Source: Phycisphaera mikurensis NBRC 102666
GTDB lineage: Bacteria > Planctomycetota > Phycisphaerae > Phycisphaerales > Phycisphaeraceae
NCBI RefSeq assembly: GCF_000284115.1
Contig: NC_017080.1
Location: 1,500,001-1,532,000 of the forward strand
Direction of reading: 5' to 3'
Length of the DNA: 32,000 nucleotides
A program made the position numbers and the translations under genes. Shown here one piece after another: positions 1 to 8,560 of the stretch. The notes under the pieces were generated by a model, which was not told where the DNA came from, made no database searches, and worked only from the letters and a program-made list of their open reading frames with translations. Position 1 is the stretch's first letter. The number at the start of each line of letters is the position of its first letter.

Positions 1-728
1 CCGCCCGCCGGCCCGCCCGCGCGCCGGCGGGCCCGTCGTCGGTGCTCCCGCCCACCCCGGCCGACGGCGTGGCCGCTCGCGCCCCGCGCCAGCGCTTGCC
101 GCCGACTCCCGCGACCGACACCGGCCGCGTCGCGGCGGCCCCCGCGGCGCCCGGCACCGCCGCGGCGACGCCCGCGTCCGCGGCGCCCGCCCCGGTGGCC
201 GTTCCCGCGCCCGCGACGCCGGAGCCGACGCCCGCGTCCGCGGCGCCCGCGACGGGCACCCCCGCGAGCGGGACCCTCTCAGGAGCGTCCCGGGCCGCGG
301 ACTCGGCGGCGTCATCGCCGGAGCCGCAGCCGGAGGCGGGCGACGCCGGAGCCGTGCCCGGCCGCTTCGCGGAGCTGATGGGCCGGTTGGGCTACACCCG
401 GGGCGAGGACCTCCAGCGGCTCTTCCGGGCGCGGGTCGAGCCGCGCAGCGTCCGCGACTTCGTCGACGCGGGCCACAACCCCACCGTCGACGAGCTGGTC
501 GCCGCCCGCGCCCTCGGCATCGACGGCTCCACCGCGCTGCGGGTGTCGCGTGCCGGCTACCGCTTCAGCGTCGCCGACCTGATCGAGCTCTCCGAGGCGG
601 GCGCCGACGCGGACTACGCCGTCGCCCTCGCCGATCCCCGCTTCCCGCCGCTCTCCAAGGATCAGCTGCTCGATCTGAAGAGCCGCGGCGTCACGCCGGA
701 GCAGGTGCAGGCGATCCGCAACCGCTGA
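1..728 (+). CDS. Hypothetical protein, 5'-truncated by the window edge; Ala/Pro-rich linker followed by a C-terminal domain ending DLLDLKSRGVTPEQVQAIRNR
   Basis: Frame open to the left edge and ending TGA at 726-728; Pro/Ala linker then a non-low-complexity C-terminus. Ala/Pro-rich frames in GC-rich DNA are error-prone, so upstream extent is uncertain. Confidence 0.6.
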   Translation, partial: ARRPARAPAGPSSVLPPTPADGVAARAPRQRLPPTPATDTGRVAAAPAAPGTAAATPASAAPAPVAVPAPATPEPTPASAAPATGTPASGTLSGASRAADSAASSPEPQPEAGDAGAVPGRFAELMGRLGYTRGEDLQRLFRARVEPRSVRDFVDAGHNPTVDELVAARALGIDGSTALRVSRAGYRFSVADLIELSEAGADADYAVALADPRFPPLSKDQLLDLKSRGVTPEQVQAIRNR

Positions 729-824
729 CGCGCGGCCCGCGGCCCGTCGCCCAGGCCGAGCGACGCGGACGCGGCGTTGCGCCCGCACGTCCGGCGGAGG
801 CGGAGGCGCAGACGGGAACTCCGC

Positions 825-870
825 CCGCGGACCGGCGGGCGTTCCGGCGCTTGGGACCCGCGGTCCGCGG
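825..870. repeat. 46-bp palindromic element copy A (10-bp perfect arms), intergenic, just downstream of the minus-strand tRNA-Pro
   Basis: CCGCGGACCG GCGGGCGTTCCGGCGCTTGGGACCCG CGGTCCGCGG; 12 bp beyond the tRNA 3' end. Confidence 0.93.
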
Positions 871-882
871 AACCGGGCATCA

Positions 883-956
<74 letters not shown>

Positions 957-995
957 CGGGGTGCCGCAGCGTAGCTGCGGCCCGGCGTGGCGGGG

Positions 996-2075
996 TCATC
1001 CCGGTGCGGACGGGACCGCTTCCGCCAGGAACAGCGCGAGCAGGTCCCGGCACGCCTCCAGGTCCGCCTTGTGGCAGGCCTCGGTCACGGAGTGGATGTT
1101 GCGGGTGGGCACCGAGAGCGTGAAGGTGCGGGCACCGACGCCGGCGCGCTGGAGGCTGCCGGCATCGGTGCCGCCCCGCATCAGGATGCTGCGCTGGGTG
1201 GGCACGCCGTTCGCCTCGCCGAGCCGCTCGAACGCCTGGAGGATCCCCACGTCGGCGATGCTGGCGGAGTCCATCACGGTGAGGGCGACGCCCTTGCCGA
1301 AGGCGGTCGTCTGCTGGTGCGGGACGCCGCCGGGGGTGTCGACGCAGAGGGTGGTGTCCACGGCGATGCCGACGTGCGGCCGGGCGGTGTAGGCGCTGGT
1401 GAGGGCGCCACGCAGGCCGACCTCCTCCTGGACGGTGAACACGCAGTGCAGCTCGCAGGGGTGCGGCGTGGCGTCGGCCTCCAGCTTCCGGACGGCTTCC
1501 ACCAGCGCCCAGCAGGCGACGCGGTTGTCCATCGCCTGGCCCGCGACGGCGGGGCCCAGGTCCACGAAGGGCTGATCGAGGACGACCATGTCGCCGATTT
1601 TCACGCGCTTCTTGACCTCCTCCGCCGGGAGCGTGGTGTCGATCACCAGGTCGGTGAGGTCGGGCAGCTTCTTGCGGTCTTCCTCGGTCGCGAGGTGCAC
1701 CGGCTTCACGCCGGGGTTCATGAGACCGCGGAGGTCCCGTGACGGATCCGCGGGATCGGGGCAGATCGTCACGACCCGGGCGAAGAGGTTGCGGATGTCG
1801 AAGCCGCCCACCGGTTGCACGCGGAGGAAGCCGTCGTCGTCGATGAAGCGGACGAGGAAGCCGATCTGGTCCATGTGGGCGGCGACCATCACCCGCTGCG
1901 GCGGCTCCGCAGCCGGCCCCCGCGCCGAGCGCACGCACACAAGCGAGCCCAGCGGGTCCGTCGTGACCGTGTCGAAGAGGCCGGCCGCCTCCTCCTCCAG
2001 CAGCGCCCGCACGCGGTGCTCGCGGCCGGGCACGGCGGCGGTCTCGGAGAGTCGCTTCAACAGATCGAGGTTCAT
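996..2075 (-). CDS. M42 family metallopeptidase (glutamyl aminopeptidase / endoglucanase-like)
   Basis: Starts MNLDLLKRLSETAAVPGREHRVR; contains VFTVQEEVGLRGA, GIAVDTTLCVDTPG, ILMRGGTDAG typical of M42. The longer ORF to 2396 reads through the tandem repeat and is not the likely start. Confidence 0.88.
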   Translation of the reverse strand: MNLDLLKRLSETAAVPGREHRVRALLEEEAAGLFDTVTTDPLGSLVCVRSARGPAAEPPQRVMVAAHMDQIGFLVRFIDDDGFLRVQPVGGFDIRNLFARVVTICPDPADPSRDLRGLMNPGVKPVHLATEEDRKKLPDLTDLVIDTTLPAEEVKKRVKIGDMVVLDQPFVDLGPAVAGQAMDNRVACWALVEAVRKLEADATPHPCELHCVFTVQEEVGLRGALTSAYTARPHVGIAVDTTLCVDTPGGVPHQQTTAFGKGVALTVMDSASIADVGILQAFERLGEANGVPTQRSILMRGGTDAGSLQRAGVGARTFTLSVPTRNIHSVTEACHKADLEACRDLLALFLAEAVPSAPG

Positions 2076-2113
2076 AGGGCGGAAACCTACAGGCTCAAGC
2101 CCTCGACCCTCGA

Positions 2114-2384
2114 CACCTCGTCCAGAATCGGCCGATGCCCGGATGCCACGCCGCTGGCGGGGTGGGGTGTCCGCAAACACGCGGCCGATCGGTGACTCCG
2201 CCGGCGTCGCCTCCGCGGAAGCGGTGCGGCACCGACGGTAGACAAGCCCCAAACTCTCGCCACCTCGTCCAGAATCGGCCGATGCCCGGATGCCACGCCG
2301 CTGGCGGGGTGGGGTGTCCGCAGGACACGCGGCCGATCGGCGACCCCGCCGGCTTCGCCCCCGCGAAAGCGGTGCGGCACCGAC
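2114..2384. repeat. Two-copy direct tandem repeat, offset 147-148 bp (copy 1 2114-2236, copy 2 2261-2384)
   Basis: Both copies start CACCTCGTCCAGAATCGGCCGATGCCCGGATGCCACGCCGCTGGCGGGGTGGGGTGTCCGCA (identical) and end AAGCGGTGCGGCACCGAC with a few substitutions and one indel. Confidence 0.95.
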
Positions 2385-2479
2385 TGTCCCGAGCATCGGA
2401 TTCTTTCGAAGAGACGTGTCGAAGGTTGGAGGCTCAAGCCGCTGGACCCCGCGGGCGGCGGGGCTTTACCCTCGCCGGC

Positions 2480-4648
2480 TTGACGCGACGCCGGACCGCT
2501 GCGACGGGAGCCTTCGCGGCGGCCACGGGTTTGCTCCTCCTGGCCGCGGGCGCGGGCGGTACGCCCTCCGGCGCGGCCGGCGTGGGCGCGGCGGTCGGCT
2601 GGCTGGGCGTGCTCGAGGCGGTGCTGCGGTCCAGCGGGCTGCTGGCGGGTTTCTGGCTGTCGGCTTGGGGGTTGGGCGGCCTGCTCGGCCCCCGCGTCGG
2701 GACCGGGCAGCGGCTCGCGGTCGGCGCCGCGGCGCTCCTGCTCGCGGGCTGGCTCGCGGCGTGGCTTCTGGGTGTCTCGCGGGGCGTCGCGGTGGGGGTC
2801 GCGGCGCCCGGCTGGCTGCTGCTGATCCGCGAGGCGCGGCGTCGGCCGGTGCGGCGGGTCCGCGTGGCCCGGCGGCCGGGCTCCCTCGCCCCGCTGCTGC
2901 TCGCGCCCGGGCTCGCCTTGCTGCTGCTGGCGGCCTGCCTGCCGCCGGGCGCGGTCTGGGGCGTCGAGGCCTTCGGCTACGACGCGCTGTCGTACCACCT
3001 GCAGATCCCGCGGGAGTGGCTCGCGGCGGGGCGGATGGCCTTCCTCCCCCACAACGTCTACGCGTCGCTGCCGGGCCTGATGGAGGCGGCGTACGCGCTG
3101 GCGATGGCCGCGCTGGGCGTGGACCCCGCCGCCGGGCCGCTCGCGGCCGACCGGGCTGCGCTCGCCGCGGTGCCCTGCCAGCTGCTGCACGCCGGCTTCG
3201 CGGTCGTCGCGGCGCTGTGCATCCGCGAGGCCACCGACCGCCGCGGCGTCGCCGGCTGGGCGGCGGGGGGCGCCTTCCTCGCGTTGCCCTGGGTCGTCGT
3301 CACCGGCTCCTCGGCGTACAACGAGGCGGCGGCGATCGCTTTGGGCGCGGCGGCGTTGGGGCTGGTCGCCGCGGACGGCGGGCCGCGCGGCCCGGTTCCG
3401 CCGGCGGTCCGCGGCGCGCTGATCGGCCTCTTGCTCGGTGCGGCCTGCCTCGCCAAGCCGACCGCCGGGTTCATGCTCGCGCTGCCGCTGGGTGGCTGGA
3501 TGCTCGGCCGCGCGCTGCTGGATCCCCGCAACCGCGTCGGCTCGCCGTGCGTGCCGGGCTTGATCGCGAGGCGGCGGAGGTCCGCTGCGCTGCGCAGCGT
3601 CGCGGTGGCGACCGCCGTGGGCTCGGCGGTCCTGTCGCCGTGGCTCCTGCGGAACGCGCTGTGGACCGGCAACCCGGTCCACCCCTTCGCCACCTCCACC
3701 CTCGGCCTGGGCCACTGGACGCCCGAGCTCGCCGCCCGCTGGGCCGAAGCGCACGCACGCCCCGCCGGCGCGGGCCTCGGCGTGCTCTGGCGGCAGTGGC
3801 TGGGCAACCTCGGCTTCGCCGCCGTCGGCGGTACGCCCGTCGCGGCTTCGGTCACCGACGTCGCACGCTTCGGCCGCGAGGGCGGCTTCCCGATCCTCTG
3901 GCTGCTCGCCGCATTGGGCGCCGGCTTCGCGTTCTCCCGCCGCCGAACCCGCGGGCTGGCCGCGGGCCTCGTGGGCCTGCTCGCGTTCCAGCTCGCCGCT
4001 TGGTGGCTGCTCACCCACCACCAGAGCCGCTTCCTCGTCTTCACCGCGCTGCCGGGAGCGGTGGCGGTGGGCCTGCTCGTCGCCCGGCCCGCCCGCTCGT
4101 GTCGCCGCGGCCCCGGCGTCGCGCTCGCCGGGCTGCTCGCGGTGCTCGCCGTGGCGGTGCCCGCCGCCGCCGGCTTCGCCGTGCTCTGGGGCCAGACCCG
4201 CGCGTTCCTGGATCCGGCGACGGGCCGGCCGGTCCGCGCCGCGCCCTGGGAGCTGGTCGGCGCCCTCGCCGCCCCCGGCGTCGAGGGGCTCGACACGCAC
4301 CCGCTGGACGCGCTGCCGCCGGGGAGCCGCGTCCTCGTCGTCGCCGACAACGGCGGCCTCTTCTACGCCGACACGCCGATCGTCTACGCCAGCGCCTTCG
4401 ACGAGAACCCGCTCGCCCCGCTCATGGACCGGGCCGCGGGCGATCCGGCCCTCCTCGCCGCAGATCTCCGCGCCGCCGGCATCACGCACGTCTGGATCGG
4501 CTGGAGCGAGCTCGCCCGGTTGGGCGCCACCTACGGCGTCGACCCGCGGCTGGACCCGGCCGCCCTCGGACGCATCACCGGCGGCTGGCCCGGCGAACGC
4601 ACGCCGACCCGTGCGCTGCTCCGCGTGCCGCCCGCGACCACCCGCTGA
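2480..4648 (+). CDS. Multi-pass membrane protein, glycosyltransferase family 39 / mannosyltransferase-like
   Basis: Many hydrophobic segments plus FGYDALSYHLQIPREWLAAGRMAFLPHNVYASLPGLMEAAYALAM. No upstream ATG; TTG at 2480 (or 2426) fits the frame, so the start is uncertain. Confidence 0.72.
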   Translation: MTRRRTAATGAFAAATGLLLLAAGAGGTPSGAAGVGAAVGWLGVLEAVLRSSGLLAGFWLSAWGLGGLLGPRVGTGQRLAVGAAALLLAGWLAAWLLGVSRGVAVGVAAPGWLLLIREARRRPVRRVRVARRPGSLAPLLLAPGLALLLLAACLPPGAVWGVEAFGYDALSYHLQIPREWLAAGRMAFLPHNVYASLPGLMEAAYALAMAALGVDPAAGPLAADRAALAAVPCQLLHAGFAVVAALCIREATDRRGVAGWAAGGAFLALPWVVVTGSSAYNEAAAIALGAAALGLVAADGGPRGPVPPAVRGALIGLLLGAACLAKPTAGFMLALPLGGWMLGRALLDPRNRVGSPCVPGLIARRRRSAALRSVAVATAVGSAVLSPWLLRNALWTGNPVHPFATSTLGLGHWTPELAARWAEAHARPAGAGLGVLWRQWLGNLGFAAVGGTPVAASVTDVARFGREGGFPILWLLAALGAGFAFSRRRTRGLAAGLVGLLAFQLAAWWLLTHHQSRFLVFTALPGAVAVGLLVARPARSCRRGPGVALAGLLAVLAVAVPAAAGFAVLWGQTRAFLDPATGRPVRAAPWELVGALAAPGVEGLDTHPLDALPPGSRVLVVADNGGLFYADTPIVYASAFDENPLAPLMDRAAGDPALLAADLRAAGITHVWIGWSELARLGATYGVDPRLDPAALGRITGGWPGERTPTRALLRVPPATTR
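3369..3414. repeat. Candidate copy B of the 46-bp element inside the membrane-protein CDS
   Basis: CCGCGGACGG CGGGCCGCGCGGCCCGGTTCCGCCGG CGGTCCGCGG; 1 arm mismatch, same total length, spacer begins with the palindrome CGGGCCGCGCGGCCCG. Confidence 0.6.
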
Positions 4649-4701
4649 CCCTTCGCCCGGGCGCCTCGCCCACGCGGTGGGCCCTCCGCGCTCCGGGAGG
4701 C

Positions 4702-5229
4702 TCAGAAGGTGAAGCCGGCGAGGTCCAGCGGGGCGGTCGCGTCCCAACCCGACTCCCCGAGCGGGTGGACCATGAGGTGCTCCGCCTCCTCGCGGACGAT
4801 CTCGCCCGTCCGGACGCCGCGCATGTCGATCCGCGTGATCGGGTTCTTCACGGCGACGAAGCCGGCTCGCGCGTAGATGCTCTCGACGCCGAAGAGCAGC
4901 ACCGCGTCCACACCCGCCGCGCGTCCCTCCCGCAGCGCCGCCTCCACCAGCGCCACGCCGATGCCGCGTCGGCGGAAGGCCGGATCCACCGCGACCTCCG
5001 CGATGCCGAGCACGTCGAGCACGCGGTAACCCAGCCGGACCGCCCGGTGGCACACCGCGAGGTGGCCGGCGAGCGTGCCGCCGACGCGGACGAGAAAGCG
5101 GGCGTGGTGCCGGTTCTGGAAGAAGCTTCGCCCGCCGAAGTCGGTGGGGAAGACGCGGCCGATCAACTCGGCGATCTCGCGGTCGAGGGCGGGTGCGAGG
5201 CGCAGCTCTTCGTGGCGTTCGACGTTCAT
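4702..5229 (-). CDS. GNAT family N-acetyltransferase
   Basis: MNVERHEELRLAPALDREIAELIGRVFP...VLGIAEVAVDPAFRRRGIGVALVEAALREGRAAGVDAVLLFG...YARAGF, with the acetyl-CoA binding motif RRRGIG. Confidence 0.85.
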   Translation of the reverse strand: MNVERHEELRLAPALDREIAELIGRVFPTDFGGRSFFQNRHHARFLVRVGGTLAGHLAVCHRAVRLGYRVLDVLGIAEVAVDPAFRRRGIGVALVEAALREGRAAGVDAVLLFGVESIYARAGFVAVKNPITRIDMRGVRTGEIVREEAEHLMVHPLGESGWDATAPLDLAGFTF

Positions 5230-5300
5230 GGTCCGCGGAGCTCCGCCACCGCGTGCCGCGGCGGCACGCTTCCGAGAGAACCTTCTATAACTTATCGCGC

Positions 5301-6323
5301 ATGGTCAACGTCGGCGTCATCGGGCTCGGCAGCATGGGCAACACCCACCTGGCCGCCTACGGCAGCGTGCCGGGCTGCAGGGTCGTCGCGGTGGCCGACG
5401 CCGACGAGGGCCGCCGCACCGGCCGCACCGGGGCCGGCGGGAACATCGAGGGACAGGGCTCCGGCGGCGGCTTCGACTTCGCCAGCGTGAGGGCCTACGC
5501 CGACGCTTCGGAGCTGATCGCCGATCCCGAGGTCCACCTCGTCGACGTGTGCCTGCCCACGCCCCTGCACGCCCGCTTCGCCGTGGCCGCGCTCCGAGCC
5601 GGCAAGCACCTGATGGTCGAGAAGCCGCTCGCCCGGACCGCGGCCGAGGCGGACACCATCGTCGCCGCCGCGGAGGAGGCGTCCGCCGGCGGGCAGATCG
5701 CGATGTGCGGGATGTGCATGCGCTTCTGGCCGGGCTGGGTGTGGCTCAAGGAGGCGATCGACGACGGCCGTTTCGGGAGGGTGCTCCACGCCCGGTTCCG
5801 CCGCGTGACCTCGCACCCGCCGGGCTCCTTCTACGCCGACGGCGACGCCTGCGGCGGGGCGCTGCTGGACCTTCACGTCCACGACACCGACTTCGTGCGG
5901 CACGCCTTCGGCGCCCCCGAGGCCGTGTTCAGCCGCGGCTACGCGAAGCACACGTCGCGCCCGGACCACGTCTGCACGCAGTATCTCTTCGGGGACGGCG
6001 GCCCGGTGGTGACCGCCGAGGGCGGCTGGGCGATGCACGAGGGCTTCGGCTTCGAGATGCAGTACGCGGTGAATTTCGAGCGGGCCACGGCCGTCTTTGA
6101 CATCCACCAGGACCCGGTGCTCACGCTGATCGACGGCGAGGGCAAGCGGGCCGTCGACATCCCCGGCGGCATGGGCTACCAGCCCGAGCTCGCCTACCTC
6201 ATCGGCTGCGTGGAGCGGGGCGAAGCGCCTTCGACTGTCACGCTGGCGGACGCGGCGAACGCGCTGCGGATCGTCGAGGCCGAGGGCCGGAGCATCGCCA
6301 GCGGCCGGATCGAGGCGCTCTGA
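5301..6323 (+). CDS. Gfo/Idh/MocA family oxidoreductase
   Basis: MVNVGVIGLGSMGNTHLAAYGSVPGCRVVAVADAD, VDVCLPTPLHARFAVAALRAGKHLMVEKPLARTAAEAD. Confidence 0.93.
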   Translation: MVNVGVIGLGSMGNTHLAAYGSVPGCRVVAVADADEGRRTGRTGAGGNIEGQGSGGGFDFASVRAYADASELIADPEVHLVDVCLPTPLHARFAVAALRAGKHLMVEKPLARTAAEADTIVAAAEEASAGGQIAMCGMCMRFWPGWVWLKEAIDDGRFGRVLHARFRRVTSHPPGSFYADGDACGGALLDLHVHDTDFVRHAFGAPEAVFSRGYAKHTSRPDHVCTQYLFGDGGPVVTAEGGWAMHEGFGFEMQYAVNFERATAVFDIHQDPVLTLIDGEGKRAVDIPGGMGYQPELAYLIGCVERGEAPSTVTLADAANALRIVEAEGRSIASGRIEAL

Positions 6324-6523
6324 TGCGCGTCCGCATCGCTCCGACGCACCATTGAGGCGCGTGCCGCGGCGCTCGCGGGATGCACGAGGGCGAGCAACGC
6401 CGCGACGCCGCCACCCCCACTGGATGTGGCACCCAGACCGCAGCACGCGGCGAGCCCGCATCCCCGACCGTGCGATGAAGACCTCATCGGCATGATGAAC
6501 GACCCCGCAGCCGACCACCGAGC

Positions 6524-8452
6524 ATGAGCACCACCACCCACCCCGTCGCCGCCACCGAACGCATCCCGGTGGAGATCCATCCGTCCTCCGCGGAGGCTTC
6601 CGCCGCGGTGGCCGCCGAGATCGCGCAGCTGATCCGCACCAAGCGGGCGGCGGGGGGCAACGCGGTGCTCGGCCTGGCCACCGGCTCGACGCCCACCGGC
6701 GTCTACGACGAGCTCATCCGGCTGCACCGCGAGGAAGGCCTCTCCTTCAAGGGCGTCAAGACCTTCAACCTCGACGAGTACGTGCCGATGGCGCCCGACG
6801 CGCTGCAGAGCTACCGGCGCTTCATGGACGAGCACCTCTTCGACCACGTCGACTTCGACGAGGGCGACACCCATGTCCCCGACGGCCTGCTCCCGGTGGA
6901 GGACACCGCGGCCGGCTGCGCCCGCTACGAGGAGCAGATCCAGGAGGCCGGCGGGCTCGATCTCCAGCTGCTGGGCATCGGCCGCACCGGGCACATCGGC
7001 TTCAACGAGCCCGGCTCGGGCAAGGACTCGCGGACGCGGCTGATCTGGCTCGACCGGCTGACCCGCGCCGACGCCGCGAGCGACTTCTTCGGCGCCGAGA
7101 ACGTCCCGCGCCGGGCGATCACGATGGGCGTGGGGACGATCATGGAGGCGAAGCGGATCGTCCTCATGGCCTGGGGCGAGGGGAAGGCGCCGGTGGTGGC
7201 GGCGGCGGTGGAGGGGCCGGAAACGCCCGCGGTCGCGGCGAGCTACCTGCAGACCCACCCCAACGCCACCTTCGTGCTCGACGAGGCGGCCTCGGCGGGG
7301 CTGACGCGGACGCGGTGCCCCTGGCTGGTGGGGAGCGTGGACTGGACGCCCCGGCGGCAGCGGTCCGCGGCGGTCTGGCTGGCCCAGCGTGCGGGCAAGC
7401 CGCTCCTGAAGCTCACCGACGAGGACTACAACGAGAGCGGGCTCCAGGAGCTCGTCGCCGAGCACGGCCCGGCGTACGACGTGAACCTGCGGGTGTTCCG
7501 GGAGCTGCAGCGGACGATCACCGGCTGGCCCGGCGGCAAGCCCAGCGAGCGGCGGCGGGCGGGGGACGTCCAGCGCGAGGGCGACGACGTGTTCCCCAAG
7601 CGGATCCTGATCTTCTCGCCGCACCCCGACGACGACGTGATCTCGATGGGCGGCACGCTGATCCGCCTGGTCGATCAGGGCCACGAGGTCCACGTGGCGT
7701 ACCAGGTCTCGGGCAACATCGCCGTCTTCGACGCCGACGCCGTCCGCTTCGCGGACTTCTACAGCGAGCTCGCCGGCACGCGGGGCTCCAGCCAGGAGGG
7801 CGTGCTGAAGGAGGTCGTCGACGAGGTCGACGCGAAGGAGCCCGGCGCCGTCGACGGCGAGCTGCTCAAGAGCATCAAGCAGATCATCCGCCGCGGCGAG
7901 TGCCGCGCGGCCGCGCGGCTGTGCGGGCTGCCCACCGACCGGCTGCACTTCCTCGACCTGCCCTTCTACGAGACCGGCAAGGTTCGCAAGAAGCCGCTCT
8001 CGCGGGAGGACGTCGACCTCACCGCGGCGTTGCTCGAGCGGATCAAGCCGCACCAGGTCTACGCCGCCGGCGACCTCTCCGACCCGCACGGCACGCACCG
8101 CGTGTGCCTCGCGGCGGTCATGCAGGCGTGCGAGCGGCTGAAGGACGAGGACTGGTTCGAGCAGACCGCGGTCTGGCTCTACCGCGGCGCCTGGCAGGAG
8201 TGGCTGCCCGAGCAGGTGGACATGGCGGTGCCGCTCTCGCCCGCGGAGCTGCTCAAGAAGCGTCAGGCGATCTTCAAGCACGAGAGCCAGAAGGACCGGG
8301 CGCCGTACCCCGGGACCGACGAGCGGGAGTTCTGGGAGCGTGCCGAGGAGCGCAACCGCAACACCGCCCGGCTGTACGACCGGCTGGGCCTGGCGGAGTA
8401 CGAGGCGATCGAAGCCTTCGTGCAGTGGAGCCCGGGGCAGGAGATCGGCTGA
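6524..8452 (+). CDS. nagB: Glucosamine-6-phosphate deaminase-like N-terminal domain fused to a PIG-L (LmbE) deacetylase domain
   Basis: N-term: VLGLATGSTPTGVYDELIRLHREEGLSF, FNLDEYVPM, GIGRTGHIGFNEPGS. C-term: RILIFSPHPDDDVISMGGTLIRLVDQGHEVHVAYQVSGN. Confidence 0.93.
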   Translation: MSTTTHPVAATERIPVEIHPSSAEASAAVAAEIAQLIRTKRAAGGNAVLGLATGSTPTGVYDELIRLHREEGLSFKGVKTFNLDEYVPMAPDALQSYRRFMDEHLFDHVDFDEGDTHVPDGLLPVEDTAAGCARYEEQIQEAGGLDLQLLGIGRTGHIGFNEPGSGKDSRTRLIWLDRLTRADAASDFFGAENVPRRAITMGVGTIMEAKRIVLMAWGEGKAPVVAAAVEGPETPAVAASYLQTHPNATFVLDEAASAGLTRTRCPWLVGSVDWTPRRQRSAAVWLAQRAGKPLLKLTDEDYNESGLQELVAEHGPAYDVNLRVFRELQRTITGWPGGKPSERRRAGDVQREGDDVFPKRILIFSPHPDDDVISMGGTLIRLVDQGHEVHVAYQVSGNIAVFDADAVRFADFYSELAGTRGSSQEGVLKEVVDEVDAKEPGAVDGELLKSIKQIIRRGECRAAARLCGLPTDRLHFLDLPFYETGKVRKKPLSREDVDLTAALLERIKPHQVYAAGDLSDPHGTHRVCLAAVMQACERLKDEDWFEQTAVWLYRGAWQEWLPEQVDMAVPLSPAELLKKRQAIFKHESQKDRAPYPGTDEREFWERAEERNRNTARLYDRLGLAEYEAIEAFVQWSPGQEIG

Positions 8453-8458
8453 CCGAAG

Positions 8459-8504
8459 CCGCGGACCGTCGGCGGTTTCAGCGCGAAACCTCCACGGTCC
8501 GCGG
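8459..8504. repeat. 46-bp palindromic element copy C (10-bp perfect arms)
   Basis: CCGCGGACCG TCGGCGGTTTCAGCGCGAAACCTCCA CGGTCCGCGG, directly 3' of the nagB-PIG-L stop; the spacer itself holds GGTTTC/GAAACC. Confidence 0.93.
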
Positions 8505-8560
8505 TCTCCAGCCGAAGCCCGCCGGGGCGGCGCGAGCGCAACTCGCGAACCCGAGGAGGC

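Noticed and set aside
2114-2384. CRISPR array interpretation of the tandem repeat
   Set aside because: Only two long copies with about 25 nt between them, imperfect repeats and no cas genes; a direct duplication fits better.
4668-4682. GCCCAC-GCG-GTGGGC hairpin between convergent genes
   Set aside because: Only a 6-bp stem without a U-tract; plausible terminator but too weak to call.
2087-5053. Long antisense ORF (988 aa, minus strand), plus the 2290-5490 plus-strand ORF (1066 aa)
   Set aside because: Low-complexity Arg/Ala/Pro translations overlapping the membrane-protein and GNAT genes; no recognisable domain.
7361-7370. Lone CGGTCCGCGG arm (also at 29683-29692), and lone CCGCGGACCG at 11110-11119 and 21786-21795
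   Set aside because: No partner arm at the required 26-nt spacing; treated as chance or coding matches rather than element copies.
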